From Timonella sp. (GTDB taxonomy: Bacteria; Actinomycetota; Actinomycetes; Actinomycetales; Cellulomonadaceae): 64,000 bases of DNA. This document shows, piece after piece, positions 50,714 through 60,942 of this stretch. Each line of letters starts with the position of its first letter. Position 1 is the stretch's first letter. The stretch spans positions 34,014 through 98,013 of the forward strand of contig DALZEF010000006.1 of the NCBI GenBank assembly GCA_031979385.1. The letters run 5' to 3'. Both the position numbers and the translations under genes were made by a program. A model generated the notes under the pieces. It searched no databases. It was given only the letters and a program-made list of their open reading frames with translations, and was not told the origin of the DNA.

Positions 50714-52453
50714 TCAATGCTGCGGAGTACGGGTGCGCTCACGTAGTTCCGCGAACAGTTCCTCCGCCACGTACTCATCAAGGTTCTCAATCAGATAACT
50801 TCCAGCTGAAAGCGCCCCATTGATTACAACATCACCTAGCCCGAGGAATCTTTGCAGTACGCCTTGTTCTAGACCAGTGTGTTGGATGTTCTTCAACGGG
50901 ATTGCGACAAGTGCCGTGGTCCAGCGGCCCGTCCGGGCATAGAGTACCGAATCGTTCAGTAGGTACCCTTCGTGTCCGTGGACGAATGGACTAAAGAACC
51001 GCGCTCGACGGGATGTTGTTGCAGTCAGCGGGCGGGACCGCGAGGCAACGCTCAGCGCATCAACAGAGTTGATGTTCGTGTACTGGGCCAGCAAATCGAG
51101 GATCTTCCCGACCTCGTCGAGTGTCGCTACGGGAAGCACGAGTTCATTAGGCTTTGCGTTATCGTCCTCTGAATCATCGTCGTCATCATAATCAATGACA
51201 GAAACGGTTCGGACTCTCAGCCGCCATAATCCCGGCCAACGCCATGCGAAGGGCTGCGAGACCTCAACCCAGTGTACGCGGGTGGTGTACAGGGTAGAAG
51301 AAAACTCCTTGAGTAATCCACGCGAGATACCAAAAGCACCGGGCACAACGCGGACCTTCGAGGCATAATACTTGGTCGCCGCACGAAACGCCGCATACAG
51401 CCCACCAGCAAACATGAGAACGACGTTGATCGACGCTAAACCTGCGAATATTCCACCAGCGTACGCAGAGATAGAAAAATCAAATCTTGCGAGGACAATC
51501 ACTACAGGGACCGCCAAGATCATCAAGATACCCGCAACGATCACCGCGCCAATACCAGCACGCCACGCCTGAGCTTCCACGCTTCGACGCACCGGTAGGT
51601 CATACACGATCGCCTCTTCACGGTCCAAAGCGAGAAAATCTACCCGCTCACGCCTCGGTTTACCGCCAACCCAGTGTTTGTCGTTGTTGTCGGTGTTCGG
51701 TTCAACGCTTTCGGTAGGTTCATCGCCCAGGTTCGCGTCGCTGTCTGATGCGGGCTTGTGCAATGGTTCCTCACCTACTGCACCGTCAGTCTGGGCACTG
51801 TCAACCCTTTCGCTTGCCTCTAAGGCTTCAAGCAGCCTGCGGCGCAGTTGGTCTGCTGCCGCCGCACGCAAGTACCTGAACTCGAAAGTTTCAGAGTCAG
51901 GAAACCGAACTGTCACAACCGAAAAACCGAAGATCTTCGCGACCGTGTTTCGGGTGACATCAACAGCATCTATGCTCGCGATGGCCGCTTTCCTCCGCGA
52001 GGCTGAGAAAACCCCTGACTTCTCCAACACATACACATCGGTGAGCGCCCAGTACCGGTTACGCCACACCACATACATGAGAACCGTGGCCAGGACGAGC
52101 AGGCCGTAGGCTATCGCGCTAAGACCCACAGCACCTTGCACTGTCTCCAAGACAGAGTGGCCTTCCCGCCGGTCCTCCCGGCGCACTTCCTTCAGCAAGA
52201 AAGCCGTGAGGAGGCCAAACCCAACCCCCGCAGATAAAAACGGTGAGGCGGGATGCGCGCGAAACCACTCAATTTTCGCGTCCTCAAACGCTGGATCAAC
52301 AATTGTCTCTTTCTTCCTACGCCTACGCCGCTCCTTACCCAAAACTTTGGCAGGTGCACCATTCACCTCAGATGAGCCACGGGAACTGGAACCAACCGGC
52401 TCAGCCACCTGATCGTCGGCAGTAGAAGCAGAAGAGCGCTCTCCAGCGCTCAT
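50714..52453 (-). CDS. membrane protein with three bacterial PH domains (YdbT-like), pair 2
   Basis: The architecture is the same as 48315-50087, but the sequence is divergent and visibly AT-richer. Confidence 0.7.
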   Translation of the reverse strand: MSAGERSSASTADDQVAEPVGSSSRGSSEVNGAPAKVLGKERRRRRKKETIVDPAFEDAKIEWFRAHPASPFLSAGVGFGLLTAFLLKEVRREDRREGHSVLETVQGAVGLSAIAYGLLVLATVLMYVVWRNRYWALTDVYVLEKSGVFSASRRKAAIASIDAVDVTRNTVAKIFGFSVVTVRFPDSETFEFRYLRAAAADQLRRRLLEALEASERVDSAQTDGAVGEEPLHKPASDSDANLGDEPTESVEPNTDNNDKHWVGGKPRRERVDFLALDREEAIVYDLPVRRSVEAQAWRAGIGAVIVAGILMILAVPVVIVLARFDFSISAYAGGIFAGLASINVVLMFAGGLYAAFRAATKYYASKVRVVPGAFGISRGLLKEFSSTLYTTRVHWVEVSQPFAWRWPGLWRLRVRTVSVIDYDDDDDSEDDNAKPNELVLPVATLDEVGKILDLLAQYTNINSVDALSVASRSRPLTATTSRRARFFSPFVHGHEGYLLNDSVLYARTGRWTTALVAIPLKNIQHTGLEQGVLQRFLGLGDVVINGALSAGSYLIENLDEYVAEELFAELRERTRTPQH

Positions 52454-52944
52454 AGTTCAACCCGCCGCAATTCCGCTGCGGCTAACACTTCGTCGCGTAA
52501 TGCCTGCGCGCTCGGCGCAGGCAAGCCACTAATCGTCAGGTCTCCTGCACCAGCGGACGAGAAGCGGATCTGTGCGAGCCCGTAGCTCTGGTCAATCGGT
52601 CCTTCTTCCGTGTCCACTCGCTGAATCCGTCCGTAGGGCATAGCGGTTATGGAGCGCGATAATGCGCCTTGCCGCACCAAAATCTCGTCTTCGCGGACCA
52701 TGAAAAACAAGTTCTTGACCTCAAGATACGCAAACGGCACATTCGCCAACCCAAGAACCAACACTCCTAGCGGGAAAGCTAATAGCCACACCCAACCCCA
52801 AATGAAATACGGGATTATCAGCAGCACACACAGTGCAAGCAAAGACCAGGCCATTGTTTGCATCTTCGCTTTGAACCAGTCCTTGGATACTGAAATCCAC
52901 TCATTACGTGGAATGGTCACAGCGCCCTCTTCGGTAGGGCTCAT
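52450..52944 (-). CDS. membrane protein with one bacterial PH domain (YdbS-like), pair 2
   Basis: A TM hairpin is followed by MPYGRIQRVDTEEGPIDQSYGLAQI. It has ATGA overlaps on both sides. Confidence 0.7.
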   Translation of the reverse strand: MSPTEEGAVTIPRNEWISVSKDWFKAKMQTMAWSLLALCVLLIIPYFIWGWVWLLAFPLGVLVLGLANVPFAYLEVKNLFFMVREDEILVRQGALSRSITAMPYGRIQRVDTEEGPIDQSYGLAQIRFSSAGAGDLTISGLPAPSAQALRDEVLAAAELRRVEL

Positions 52945-53420
52945 GCGGGGCTTCCTGCGGGACTCTGGGCTTCGGTTTCAGGTTCGCTCGGAGGAATCTG
53001 GCAGTTGCGTTCAGCAATCATCGCGCACACGGTCATGATGAGCGCGGACACTGCCGCCGCCCCCGCCCACAGTGCCCGTGCCTGCTGCGACTCGACGGAG
53101 ATGTTTTCAAGTGCGAGCAGTACCTGGGCTCCATACCAGCCCATGAAGATCACTCCACCCAATGAGCATGCCTTGGCGAAGACCGCGATTCGCGCTGCGG
53201 CGAGTCCACTCAGGTTCGGCTTCTTGCCCGCAATGTAGGCGCGCACGCTTAAGCCACCCCAGGTCACCAGACCTGCAAGGACGAGGCACGCGAAGATCTG
53301 CGGCCAATTCACCACGCCGAGGTGGATTCCCTGATGCACAAGCAGCCGCAGCACGCCCCATGCGAGGGTGAGTGCGATCAAGAAGACAGTCACGAGCTGC
53401 GTGATCGTTGTGCGTGTCAT
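52941..53420 (-). CDS. DUF3180 domain-containing membrane protein
   Basis: Four-TM protein of 159 aa immediately downstream of folK, which is the conserved actinobacterial position. Confidence 0.75.
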   Translation of the reverse strand: MTRTTITQLVTVFLIALTLAWGVLRLLVHQGIHLGVVNWPQIFACLVLAGLVTWGGLSVRAYIAGKKPNLSGLAAARIAVFAKACSLGGVIFMGWYGAQVLLALENISVESQQARALWAGAAAVSALIMTVCAMIAERNCQIPPSEPETEAQSPAGSPA

Positions 53421-53448
53421 GAAGCTCCTGAACTCGGCACGTATTGGG

Positions 53449-56277
53449 CTACGTCAACCAGTTTAGTGCCAGCCACCGTACGCCCGAACGGTCTGGTGCC
53501 GTCGCGGCGAGCGCGCTCACCGGTCCACCGCCCAGTCCTGGTAGCACCGCCTCGTGGTCCGCTTCCTCCCATGGGACGAGCACGAATGCACGTTCCTTGG
53601 CGCGTGGGTGCGGCAGTTCGAGGTCTTCGGCGCTCGCCACGAGCATGCCGTAGGTGATGATGTCGATGTCGATGGTCCGTGGGCCCCAGTGCACCTCACG
53701 TGTGCGGTTGTGGGCGTTTTCGATCGCTTGGGTTGCGTGCAGCAGTTCGCGCGGCGACAGGGTCGTCTCGCCGATGACCACCGAGTTGTAGTAGTCGTTT
53801 TGTTCTGGCCCTCCGACGGCCGCGGTCAGTGCGAGTGGCCCAACTTTCACGATGGTGAAGCCCTCGGTCTCGCCAAGCGCCTTCACCGCGGCATTGAGCG
53901 TGGCCTGAGCATCACCGAGGTTTGCGCCCAGTGCCAGGACCACGCGAACTGGTTCCTGTGGGATCTCATCCATTTGGTCGAGTGTCTTGAACATTGAGGT
54001 GTTCAAGGAGGCCTCTGCGGAAAGCGCCGAGGCGCGTTCGGGCCTGCTCGCCGGTTCGATGATCGCGGTTCCACCACGGCTCAGGTCCTCTTGCGGATCA
54101 TCGGGGACGATGACCGGAATAACCTGGGTTGGGGCATCATCGCTCGACGGGGCGGGGCTCTCGGCAGACGGGCTAGATGCGCTCGCTCCCGATGCCTCCT
54201 GCGATTGCGTAGGCTGGGACGCAACGAGAGGGATCGCCGACACCGTGGTCGCAGGTTCGTCTGCGGAGGCAGCACTGGCTTGCCCGGCAGCCCCGTTTTC
54301 GGCTGCAACTTGTGGCGAGTCACCACCTCGGTTGCCGGCCTTCACATCGATGTCGAAATGTTCCGACATCATCGCCGCGAAGCGCTCTTCAAGACGTTGC
54401 TGAGCCGATGGGCTCAACGTGGTCGTGTGCTCGGTCTCCATACTTGACGACGAGTCTGCTTGCGGTTCGTCCCCGGGTGCGGTCTCTGCGGCAACGGACT
54501 GGGCTGGGCCGGCAGCCGATATGGGTGGGGCAGGTTCCGAGTCGTTCGAACTCGACGCACTCGGTGCGCTTCGTGGAGTCTCAGGGCTGAGCGCGCTGTT
54601 GGAGGTGTGGGCGCTCTGTGCACTCTCCGGTCGTGACGGCAGCGGTTCAGGCTCAGTCGGCTGCGTTTCTGGGGTATCAAACGCGAAGACCGGTGGCGCC
54701 CATTCGTTCTGATCCGCAGCGGGAGCACCTGAGACTTCCGGTGACTGAGCACTGGTTTGGGTGACGGACGGAGCCTCGGGTGCTGTGGTCCGGTTCTGGG
54801 CGCTGACCACCGGTGCGTTCGTCTTCGTTGCGGCTGCCTCAAAGAATGGCTTGGGAAGTGGCGGCAGTTCCTTAGGCGTTCCCATCGCGAACAGGGGTTT
54901 GGACAGGTCGAGTGGTTCATCTTGGCTACCGCCGAGCAGCTCCGATAGGGTCGGCCCCAACGGCACGGTGTTGCTCTGTGCCTGATGCCAGGGGTAACCG
55001 GAGGCGTCGCTGACACCGAGCGATTCCGATAACGCCGCGAACTGCGTGGTGTGGGTTGACGCCTCCTCCTCAGGTTCTCCTTCGAGCGCAGGAGAAACAA
55101 CGGTCTCGGCAGAGTCATCAGCAACAGATGCTTGATCGACAACTGGGATATCGGCCGCGGCTGGCACATGTTCCACAACGGGTACGGCGTGTGTCGTGAT
55201 CGCAGCGTCTACCGAGTCGAGCGCGGTTTCCCCAACCTGCGGCTCAGGTAGGGCGGGCAGGTCTTCCTCAAGTGTGGGAACCACGGTGGGTTCCACGACG
55301 CTCTGCCCGACGGGTGCCTCGCTGATCTCATCCGGGTGTGACGGCTCGGTGTCTGCGGCTGATGCTGTCTGCTCCGCTGCCACCGGGGTCTCATCCGCGC
55401 TATGAGTCTCGGCGACGAGTGGGCTCTGAGCGGAGGCCACTCCAGCGGGTTCCTCTGCACCATTCTCGTCACTCTGAGTGGGTTCGTCGCGGGTATCAGC
55501 TACTGCCTCAGCGGGAAATTCTTCCACAGCCTCTAGCGAGGTGTCTTCTTCCCCAGTCGGCTCGACAACCTCATCAGACGGCGTTACCCCTCGGCCGGAA
55601 GCAGTTTCGCTTCCGTGGAAGGCCTCTTGCGCTGACGCGACGGAATCGCTCGTGGGAATCGGCGCGGGAGACACCGCAACACTCGGTGAAACAGAGGCGA
55701 CAACGGGTGCGGCGAATGCGGTTGCAACGGCGCTCACCGGGGTGGTTGCGGTTTCGGGTTCAACCCCGGGAGCAGAATCCAACTCGGTAGGGGACGATGG
55801 GGAGTCTACGTCCTGCCATCGGGGAAGAGCGGCAACGGCTGGGGCATCCTCCACAGCGAATGGACGGCTCACACGCGCGGGATTGGTGCGGCTGCGGTGC
55901 ACGGTGACCGCAACCGACCCGAACGGAACTGGAATCGGTGCGTGTGGTTTGTGGATGGACACCGAGACGGACTCAACCAGCTGGTTCTCGAGGGTGACGG
56001 CAGCGATACGCTCTGCAAGGGTCTCGATGAGATTGACCGCAGGCCCCTCAATAACCGAAACGGCGGCCTCGGCGAGGTGGGCATAGTTGACTGTCTTGTC
56101 GAGGTCATCGCCTGCGGCAGCATCGCCCAGGGCAAGACCCAGAATCAGGTCAACGATGAATTCCTGCCCTGATTCACGCTCGCTGGACAGCACGCCGTGC
56201 CGACCGGTGGCGGTTATCCCAGAGATCGCTATCTGGTCGATCTTGAAATGGGACGTGGGGTCGTGAGCCAAGGTCAT
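53449..56277 (-). CDS. folB-folK: fused dihydroneopterin aldolase (FolB) and HPPK (FolK), joined by a low-complexity linker of about 646 codons
   Basis: The N-terminal 130 aa are FolB-like (GITATGRHGVLSSERESGQEF...). The C-terminal 166 aa are FolK-like (VVLALGANLGD...WGPRTIDIDII...PHPRAKERAFVL). One uninterrupted frame joins them. I chose the start at the ATG at 56277. Confidence 0.85.
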   Translation of the reverse strand: MTLAHDPTSHFKIDQIAISGITATGRHGVLSSERESGQEFIVDLILGLALGDAAAGDDLDKTVNYAHLAEAAVSVIEGPAVNLIETLAERIAAVTLENQLVESVSVSIHKPHAPIPVPFGSVAVTVHRSRTNPARVSRPFAVEDAPAVAALPRWQDVDSPSSPTELDSAPGVEPETATTPVSAVATAFAAPVVASVSPSVAVSPAPIPTSDSVASAQEAFHGSETASGRGVTPSDEVVEPTGEEDTSLEAVEEFPAEAVADTRDEPTQSDENGAEEPAGVASAQSPLVAETHSADETPVAAEQTASAADTEPSHPDEISEAPVGQSVVEPTVVPTLEEDLPALPEPQVGETALDSVDAAITTHAVPVVEHVPAAADIPVVDQASVADDSAETVVSPALEGEPEEEASTHTTQFAALSESLGVSDASGYPWHQAQSNTVPLGPTLSELLGGSQDEPLDLSKPLFAMGTPKELPPLPKPFFEAAATKTNAPVVSAQNRTTAPEAPSVTQTSAQSPEVSGAPAADQNEWAPPVFAFDTPETQPTEPEPLPSRPESAQSAHTSNSALSPETPRSAPSASSSNDSEPAPPISAAGPAQSVAAETAPGDEPQADSSSSMETEHTTTLSPSAQQRLEERFAAMMSEHFDIDVKAGNRGGDSPQVAAENGAAGQASAASADEPATTVSAIPLVASQPTQSQEASGASASSPSAESPAPSSDDAPTQVIPVIVPDDPQEDLSRGGTAIIEPASRPERASALSAEASLNTSMFKTLDQMDEIPQEPVRVVLALGANLGDAQATLNAAVKALGETEGFTIVKVGPLALTAAVGGPEQNDYYNSVVIGETTLSPRELLHATQAIENAHNRTREVHWGPRTIDIDIITYGMLVASAEDLELPHPRAKERAFVLVPWEEADHEAVLPGLGGGPVSALAATAPDRSGVRWLALNWLT

Positions 56278-56456
56278 TGTGGAGCCTTTCGTGTACCTGC
56301 ACAGTGGCCCGCGGCGTGGGGGCTTCTGCACTTCATCGCGCGCAGCAATCTTAGCGGGTGAAATGCGGTTTGGGCCAGAGCCAAGCGGTTCTCATAGGTA
56401 TCGTGCTCCATGAGAACCGGTATCAAACGGAGAAAACCTGGCATGAAGGCTGGAAG

Positions 56457-57374
56457 TCACCCTAACCGTTTGACGTTTGCCGCCTGCCAGGCCTGAGCCA
56501 CCTTGAGGGCATCGACCGAGGCTGCGACGTCGTGTACCCGCACGGCCCAGGCCCCTTCCACCACGGATAACGCGGTGATGGCGGCTGTGGCCACGTCACG
56601 TGCCTCGGGTGCGACTGGCTCACCTTCCTGCGAGGCAAGGAGTTGTCCAAGGAACCGCTTACGCGAGGCTCCCACCAGAACCGGATACCCTTCATCCACG
56701 AGATCCCTGGTGCGGGCGAGCAATGGCCAATTGTTCGCTCCGCTCTTGGCAAAGCCGAGTCCCGGGTCAAGCACGATCTGTTCGCGTTTCACTCCCGCCT
56801 CAAGAAGTTGCCCGACTCGAGTCATGAGTTCCCGGCGCACATCTTGGTACACGTCGTCGTAGCGATCAAGTGCGTCCATCTCGGTTGCGTGCCCGCGCCA
56901 GTGCATGGCGATGAACACTGCTCCCGTCTCCGCCGCGGTCTGGTCCATGTGCGGGTCTGCAAGTCCACCAGACACGTCGTTGATGATGTGTGCCCCCGCC
57001 GCGATCGCGGCTTCGGCGACTGAGGCCCTTGTCGTGTCGATCGACAGTGTGACTCCGGTTCCCGCAAGTTCTTCGATGACCGGGATGACGCGCCGCAATT
57101 CCTCGTCCACGTCGACGCGGGCGGCACCCGGCCTGGTTGACTCGCCCCCGATGTCGAGGATGTCCGCGCCCTGGTCCAGCAGTTCATGTGCGTGGGCCAC
57201 GGCTGCATCTCGCGAGAACCATTTCCCTCCGTCAGAAAACGAGTCGGGGGTGACGTTGACGATTCCCATGACCAGGGCACGGTCAAGCGTGGAAACGCTC
57301 GCGGGAAGCGGAGACGGGTGGCGCATCATGTCAGTTCTTTCATCGCTCGGATACACGCGCGGCCACACACCCAT
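56457..57374 (-). CDS. folP: dihydropteroate synthase
   Basis: GIVNVTPDSFSDGG and DIGGESTRPG motifs. The start may be the internal Met pair near 57329. Confidence 0.95.
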   Translation of the reverse strand: MGVWPRVYPSDERTDMMRHPSPLPASVSTLDRALVMGIVNVTPDSFSDGGKWFSRDAAVAHAHELLDQGADILDIGGESTRPGAARVDVDEELRRVIPVIEELAGTGVTLSIDTTRASVAEAAIAAGAHIINDVSGGLADPHMDQTAAETGAVFIAMHWRGHATEMDALDRYDDVYQDVRRELMTRVGQLLEAGVKREQIVLDPGLGFAKSGANNWPLLARTRDLVDEGYPVLVGASRKRFLGQLLASQEGEPVAPEARDVATAAITALSVVEGAWAVRVHDVAASVDALKVAQAWQAANVKRLG

Positions 57375-57403
57375 TCAGGGGCATGTGGCCGCTTCGGTGA
57401 GTG

Positions 57404-57997
57404 CTACTTACCGATGATAAGACTCATCGCCTCGGCTCGGGTCGCGGTGTCTCGCATCTGACCTCGAACTGCCGAGGTGACCGTGCGCGATCCGGGTTTT
57501 TTGACCCCACGCATCGACATGCACAGGTGCTCACACTCGATCACCACGATGACGCCGCGGGGATTGAGCGCCTTCACGAGCGCGTCCGCGATCTGCGCGG
57601 TGAGTCGCTCCTGGACCTGCGGCCGTTTGGCAAACACCTCGACAACGCGCGCGAGTTTGGACAGCCCCGTGACTCGTCCGTCCTCACCGGGAATATAGCC
57701 AACGTGCGCGACGCCGTGGAACGGCACCAGGTGGTGTTCGCAGGTCGAGTACAACTCAATGTCCTTGACCAGGATCATCTCATCGTGGCCGATGTCGAAC
57801 ACGGTGTTGAGGATTTCCTGCGGGTCTTGGTCGAGACCGGAGAACACCTCGTTATAGGCTCGGGCAACCCGCATCGGGGTTTCCTTCAGGCCCTCACGAT
57901 CCGGGTTCTCCCCCAGCGCGATGAGCAGGTCACGCACTGCGGAGGCGGCCCGATCAAGGTCGATCGGGCCGCGTCCGTTTGAACCGAGATCAGCCAC
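57404..57997 (-). CDS. folE: GTP cyclohydrolase I
   Basis: CEHHLVPF and the [11 protein letters not shown] zinc-site motifs. The start is GTG. Confidence 0.95.
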   Translation of the reverse strand: MADLGSNGRGPIDLDRAASAVRDLLIALGENPDREGLKETPMRVARAYNEVFSGLDQDPQEILNTVFDIGHDEMILVKDIELYSTCEHHLVPFHGVAHVGYIPGEDGRVTGLSKLARVVEVFAKRPQVQERLTAQIADALVKALNPRGVIVVIECEHLCMSMRGVKKPGSRTVTSAVRGQMRDTATRAEAMSLIIGK

Positions 57998-60048
57998 TAC
58001 GCCTTGTCCTCTTCCGCGTCCACGGCACCTTCGGCACCGGCAGGCTCGGTCGGCGAGACGGCGCTTGGCTCATCATCGGTGTGCGGTCCAACCACGATTC
58101 CAGTCTCGGTCTCGGGTGCTGCCGCAGCGGTTGCCGGCGTCTCGATTGGACCGGGGGCATCATGCAGTGGACGCTCGTCCGAGGAATGCCATATTGGGCG
58201 GTCCGGACGGCGGACGACCGGCTTGAAGATCTCCGCGAGTTCCTGCTCGTTCAGGGTTTCCTTCTCCAGCAGCTCTGCAACGAGGTGGTCAAGCACGTCG
58301 CGGTACTCGGTGAGCACTTCCCATGCCTCCTTGTTGGCGGTATCAAGCAGTGCGCGCACTTCATCATCGATTGCGTTGGCAACGTTGGGTGAAGGAGTGC
58401 GTCCACTCTGTCCGCCACCGTAACCGTACATCGGTTCCCCTGTGGACTGGCCCAGATCAATCGTGCCCACGCGGGAACTCATGCCGTACTTGGTGACCAT
58501 CTTGTAGGCGGTCTGGGTTGCCTTCTCGATGTCGTTTGACGCACCCGTGGTTGGGTCCTTGAACACGAGTTCCTCTGCGACACGACCACCCATTGCGTAG
58601 GCCATCTCATCGAGTAGTTCGTTGCGGGTCTTGGAGTACTTGTCCTCGGTTGGCATCACCATGGTGTATCCAAGCGCTCGACCACGTGGCAGGATCGTCA
58701 CCTTGGTCACCGGGTCGGTGTTACGCATCGCAGCCGCCACGAGTGCGTGACCGCCCTCGTGGTATGCCGTGTTCTTGAGTTCCTTGGCGTTCATCAGGCG
58801 GGTGCGCTTCTGCGGTCCCGCGATGACTCGGTCAATGGCCTCGTCGATTGCGCGGTCGTCGATGAGCTGCGCGTTCGAACGGGCGGTCAGCAGTGCGGCC
58901 TCGTTCAGAACGTTGGCGAGGTCCGCACCCGAGAACCCAGGGGTGCGCTTTGCCACGGAGTGCAGGTCCACGCCCTCGACCATCGGCTTGCCCTGCGCGT
59001 GCACTCGCAGAATCGCCTCGCGGCCCTTGAGATCCGGTGGCTCGACACCGATTTGGCGGTCGAATCGGCCCGGACGCAGGAGCGCCGGATCAAGGATGTC
59101 CGGGCGGTTGGTTGCGGCGATGAGGATCACGTTGGTCTTGACGTCGAATCCGTCCATCTCCACAAGGAGCTGGTTCAGCGTCTGCTCACGCTCATCGTGT
59201 CCACCGCCCATGCCCGCACCGCGGTGACGGCCCACTGCATCGATCTCGTCCACGAAGATGATCGCCGGAGAGTTTTCCTTGGCCTGCTTGAACAGGTCAC
59301 GCACACGCGAGGCACCGACACCGACGAACATCTCCACGAAGTCCGAACCGGAGATCGAGTAGAACGGTACGCCAGCCTCACCCGCAACGGCACGTGCGAG
59401 GAGAGTCTTACCGGTTCCCGGAGGGCCGTACAGCAGCACGCCCTTCGGGATCTTCGCTCCAACAGCCTGGAACTTCGCGGGCTCAGACAGGAACTCCTGG
59501 ATCTCGCGCAGTTCCTCGACGGCTTCGTCAGCACCAGCCACGTCGCTGAACGTCACCTGCGGCATGTCCTTGCTTGCCATCTTCGCGCTGGACTTGCCAA
59601 AGCCCATCACGTTGCGGCCACCACCCTGCATGCGTGAGGTGATGAAGTAGAACAGACCGATGATGATGATGAACGGGATGATGAAGGTCAGCATCGACAC
59701 GAACACGTTGACGCGCGGAACCTCGGAGTTGTATCCGTCCTTCGGGTTCGCGTCCGCCACGGCCTGAACCACGGTCTGCCCCTGAGGCGCCACGTAGTAG
59801 AACTCGACCTTGGTGCCGATCTCCTTGTCGTCCACCGTGAACGGCTCGCTCAACGTAAGACGAACACGCTGGTCACCGTCCACTATGAGGGCCTGGGTGA
59901 CCGTGTCACCCTTCAGGAGTTCAAGCCCCTGTGAGGTGTCAATCTTGCCGACTCGCTCACTGAACAGCGAGGATGCGGCAAAGGCGAGTAGTACGACGGC
60001 GAGGACCACCCACAGGAACGGTCCGCTGAGTAAACGCTTCTTCTTCAT
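57997..60048 (-). CDS. ftsH: ATP-dependent zinc metalloprotease FtsH
   Basis: Two N-terminal TM helices, an AAA+ module ([16 protein letters not shown]) and the HEGGH zinc site, followed by an acidic/Ala-rich C-terminal tail. Confidence 0.95.
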   Translation of the reverse strand: MKKKRLLSGPFLWVVLAVVLLAFAASSLFSERVGKIDTSQGLELLKGDTVTQALIVDGDQRVRLTLSEPFTVDDKEIGTKVEFYYVAPQGQTVVQAVADANPKDGYNSEVPRVNVFVSMLTFIIPFIIIIGLFYFITSRMQGGGRNVMGFGKSSAKMASKDMPQVTFSDVAGADEAVEELREIQEFLSEPAKFQAVGAKIPKGVLLYGPPGTGKTLLARAVAGEAGVPFYSISGSDFVEMFVGVGASRVRDLFKQAKENSPAIIFVDEIDAVGRHRGAGMGGGHDEREQTLNQLLVEMDGFDVKTNVILIAATNRPDILDPALLRPGRFDRQIGVEPPDLKGREAILRVHAQGKPMVEGVDLHSVAKRTPGFSGADLANVLNEAALLTARSNAQLIDDRAIDEAIDRVIAGPQKRTRLMNAKELKNTAYHEGGHALVAAAMRNTDPVTKVTILPRGRALGYTMVMPTEDKYSKTRNELLDEMAYAMGGRVAEELVFKDPTTGASNDIEKATQTAYKMVTKYGMSSRVGTIDLGQSTGEPMYGYGGGQSGRTPSPNVANAIDDEVRALLDTANKEAWEVLTEYRDVLDHLVAELLEKETLNEQELAEIFKPVVRRPDRPIWHSSDERPLHDAPGPIETPATAAAAPETETGIVVGPHTDDEPSAVSPTEPAGAEGAVDAEEDKA

Positions 60049-60312
60049 CGGTGATCGAGGTACCCCTCGTATCCCTTCTTAACTTGTGGCACGTGCACGT
60101 TGCTGCTTAGACAGTACATCGAAAAACTCCCGAAGTGCTGTGTACGTTCCCTTGTTCGCCCTGGGCACCGTGTTTGTTCGCCCAAGGCGTGATACTGGCT
60201 CGAAAACGACCGACCTCCGAACACGTGGGGCAAGCAAACAGCCGAGCCGCCCACCTCCCGGCGGGGAGGGGACAGCCCGGCTGCCAACTCGTCGAAAATC
60301 TAAAGGGAACCG

Positions 60313-60942
60313 TCAGCCTTCGTAGACGTGCGGAGCGAGCGTACCCACATAGGGCAGGGTGCGGTACTGCTCGGCGTAGTCGAGTCCGTACCCGACCACG
60401 AACTCGTTGGGGATGTCGAACCCGATGTACTTCACGTCAACCTCAACCTTGGCCGCATCAGGTTTACGCAGCATCGCGGCAACCTCGATCGAGGCGACCC
60501 CGCGCGAACGCAGGTTCGAGATCAGCCATGACAGAGTCAGACCTGAGTCAATGATGTCCTCGACGATGAGCACGTGACGGCCCGTCAGGTCTGCATCCAA
60601 GTCCTTGAGGATCCGCACCACGCCCGAGGACTTGGTGCCGGAGCCATAGGACGACACGGCCATCCAGTCCATGGAGGTACGGGTGTGCTTAAGCTTGCGG
60701 GACAGGTCGGCCATGACCATGACAGCGCCTTTGAGCACCCCCACCAGCAGCACATCGCGGTCCGCATAGTCGGCGTCGATCTGCGCCGCCAGTTCATCAA
60801 GCTTGTCCGAGATCTGTTGCTCGGTCAGCAGGATGTGCTTGATGTCTTGTTCACGTGCAGAACCCACGGGGATGCTCCTCGATGTCGAAGATGTTGCGTA
60901 CTTGCAAGAGTGTGAAGTGGCGCGGGACGTTCCGCGGCGCAC
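60313..60942 (-). CDS. hpt: hypoxanthine phosphoribosyltransferase
   Basis: PRPP-binding motif [14 protein letters not shown]. The start is uncertain: either the GTG at 60942 directly after the tilS stop, or an internal GTG closer to DIKHILL. Confidence 0.9.
   Translation of the reverse strand: MRRGTSRATSHSCKYATSSTSRSIPVGSAREQDIKHILLTEQQISDKLDELAAQIDADYADRDVLLVGVLKGAVMVMADLSRKLKHTRTSMDWMAVSSYGSGTKSSGVVRILKDLDADLTGRHVLIVEDIIDSGLTLSWLISNLRSRGVASIEVAAMLRKPDAAKVEVDVKYIGFDIPNEFVVGYGLDYAEQYRTLPYVGTLAPHVYEG

Noticed and set aside
60049-60312. 264-bp ftsH upstream / hpt downstream spacer, checked for a tRNA, sRNA or riboswitch
   Set aside because: I found only an imperfect GC-rich hairpin (about 60240-60290), consistent with an hpt terminator. 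I could see no cloverleaf or recognisable riboswitch core.
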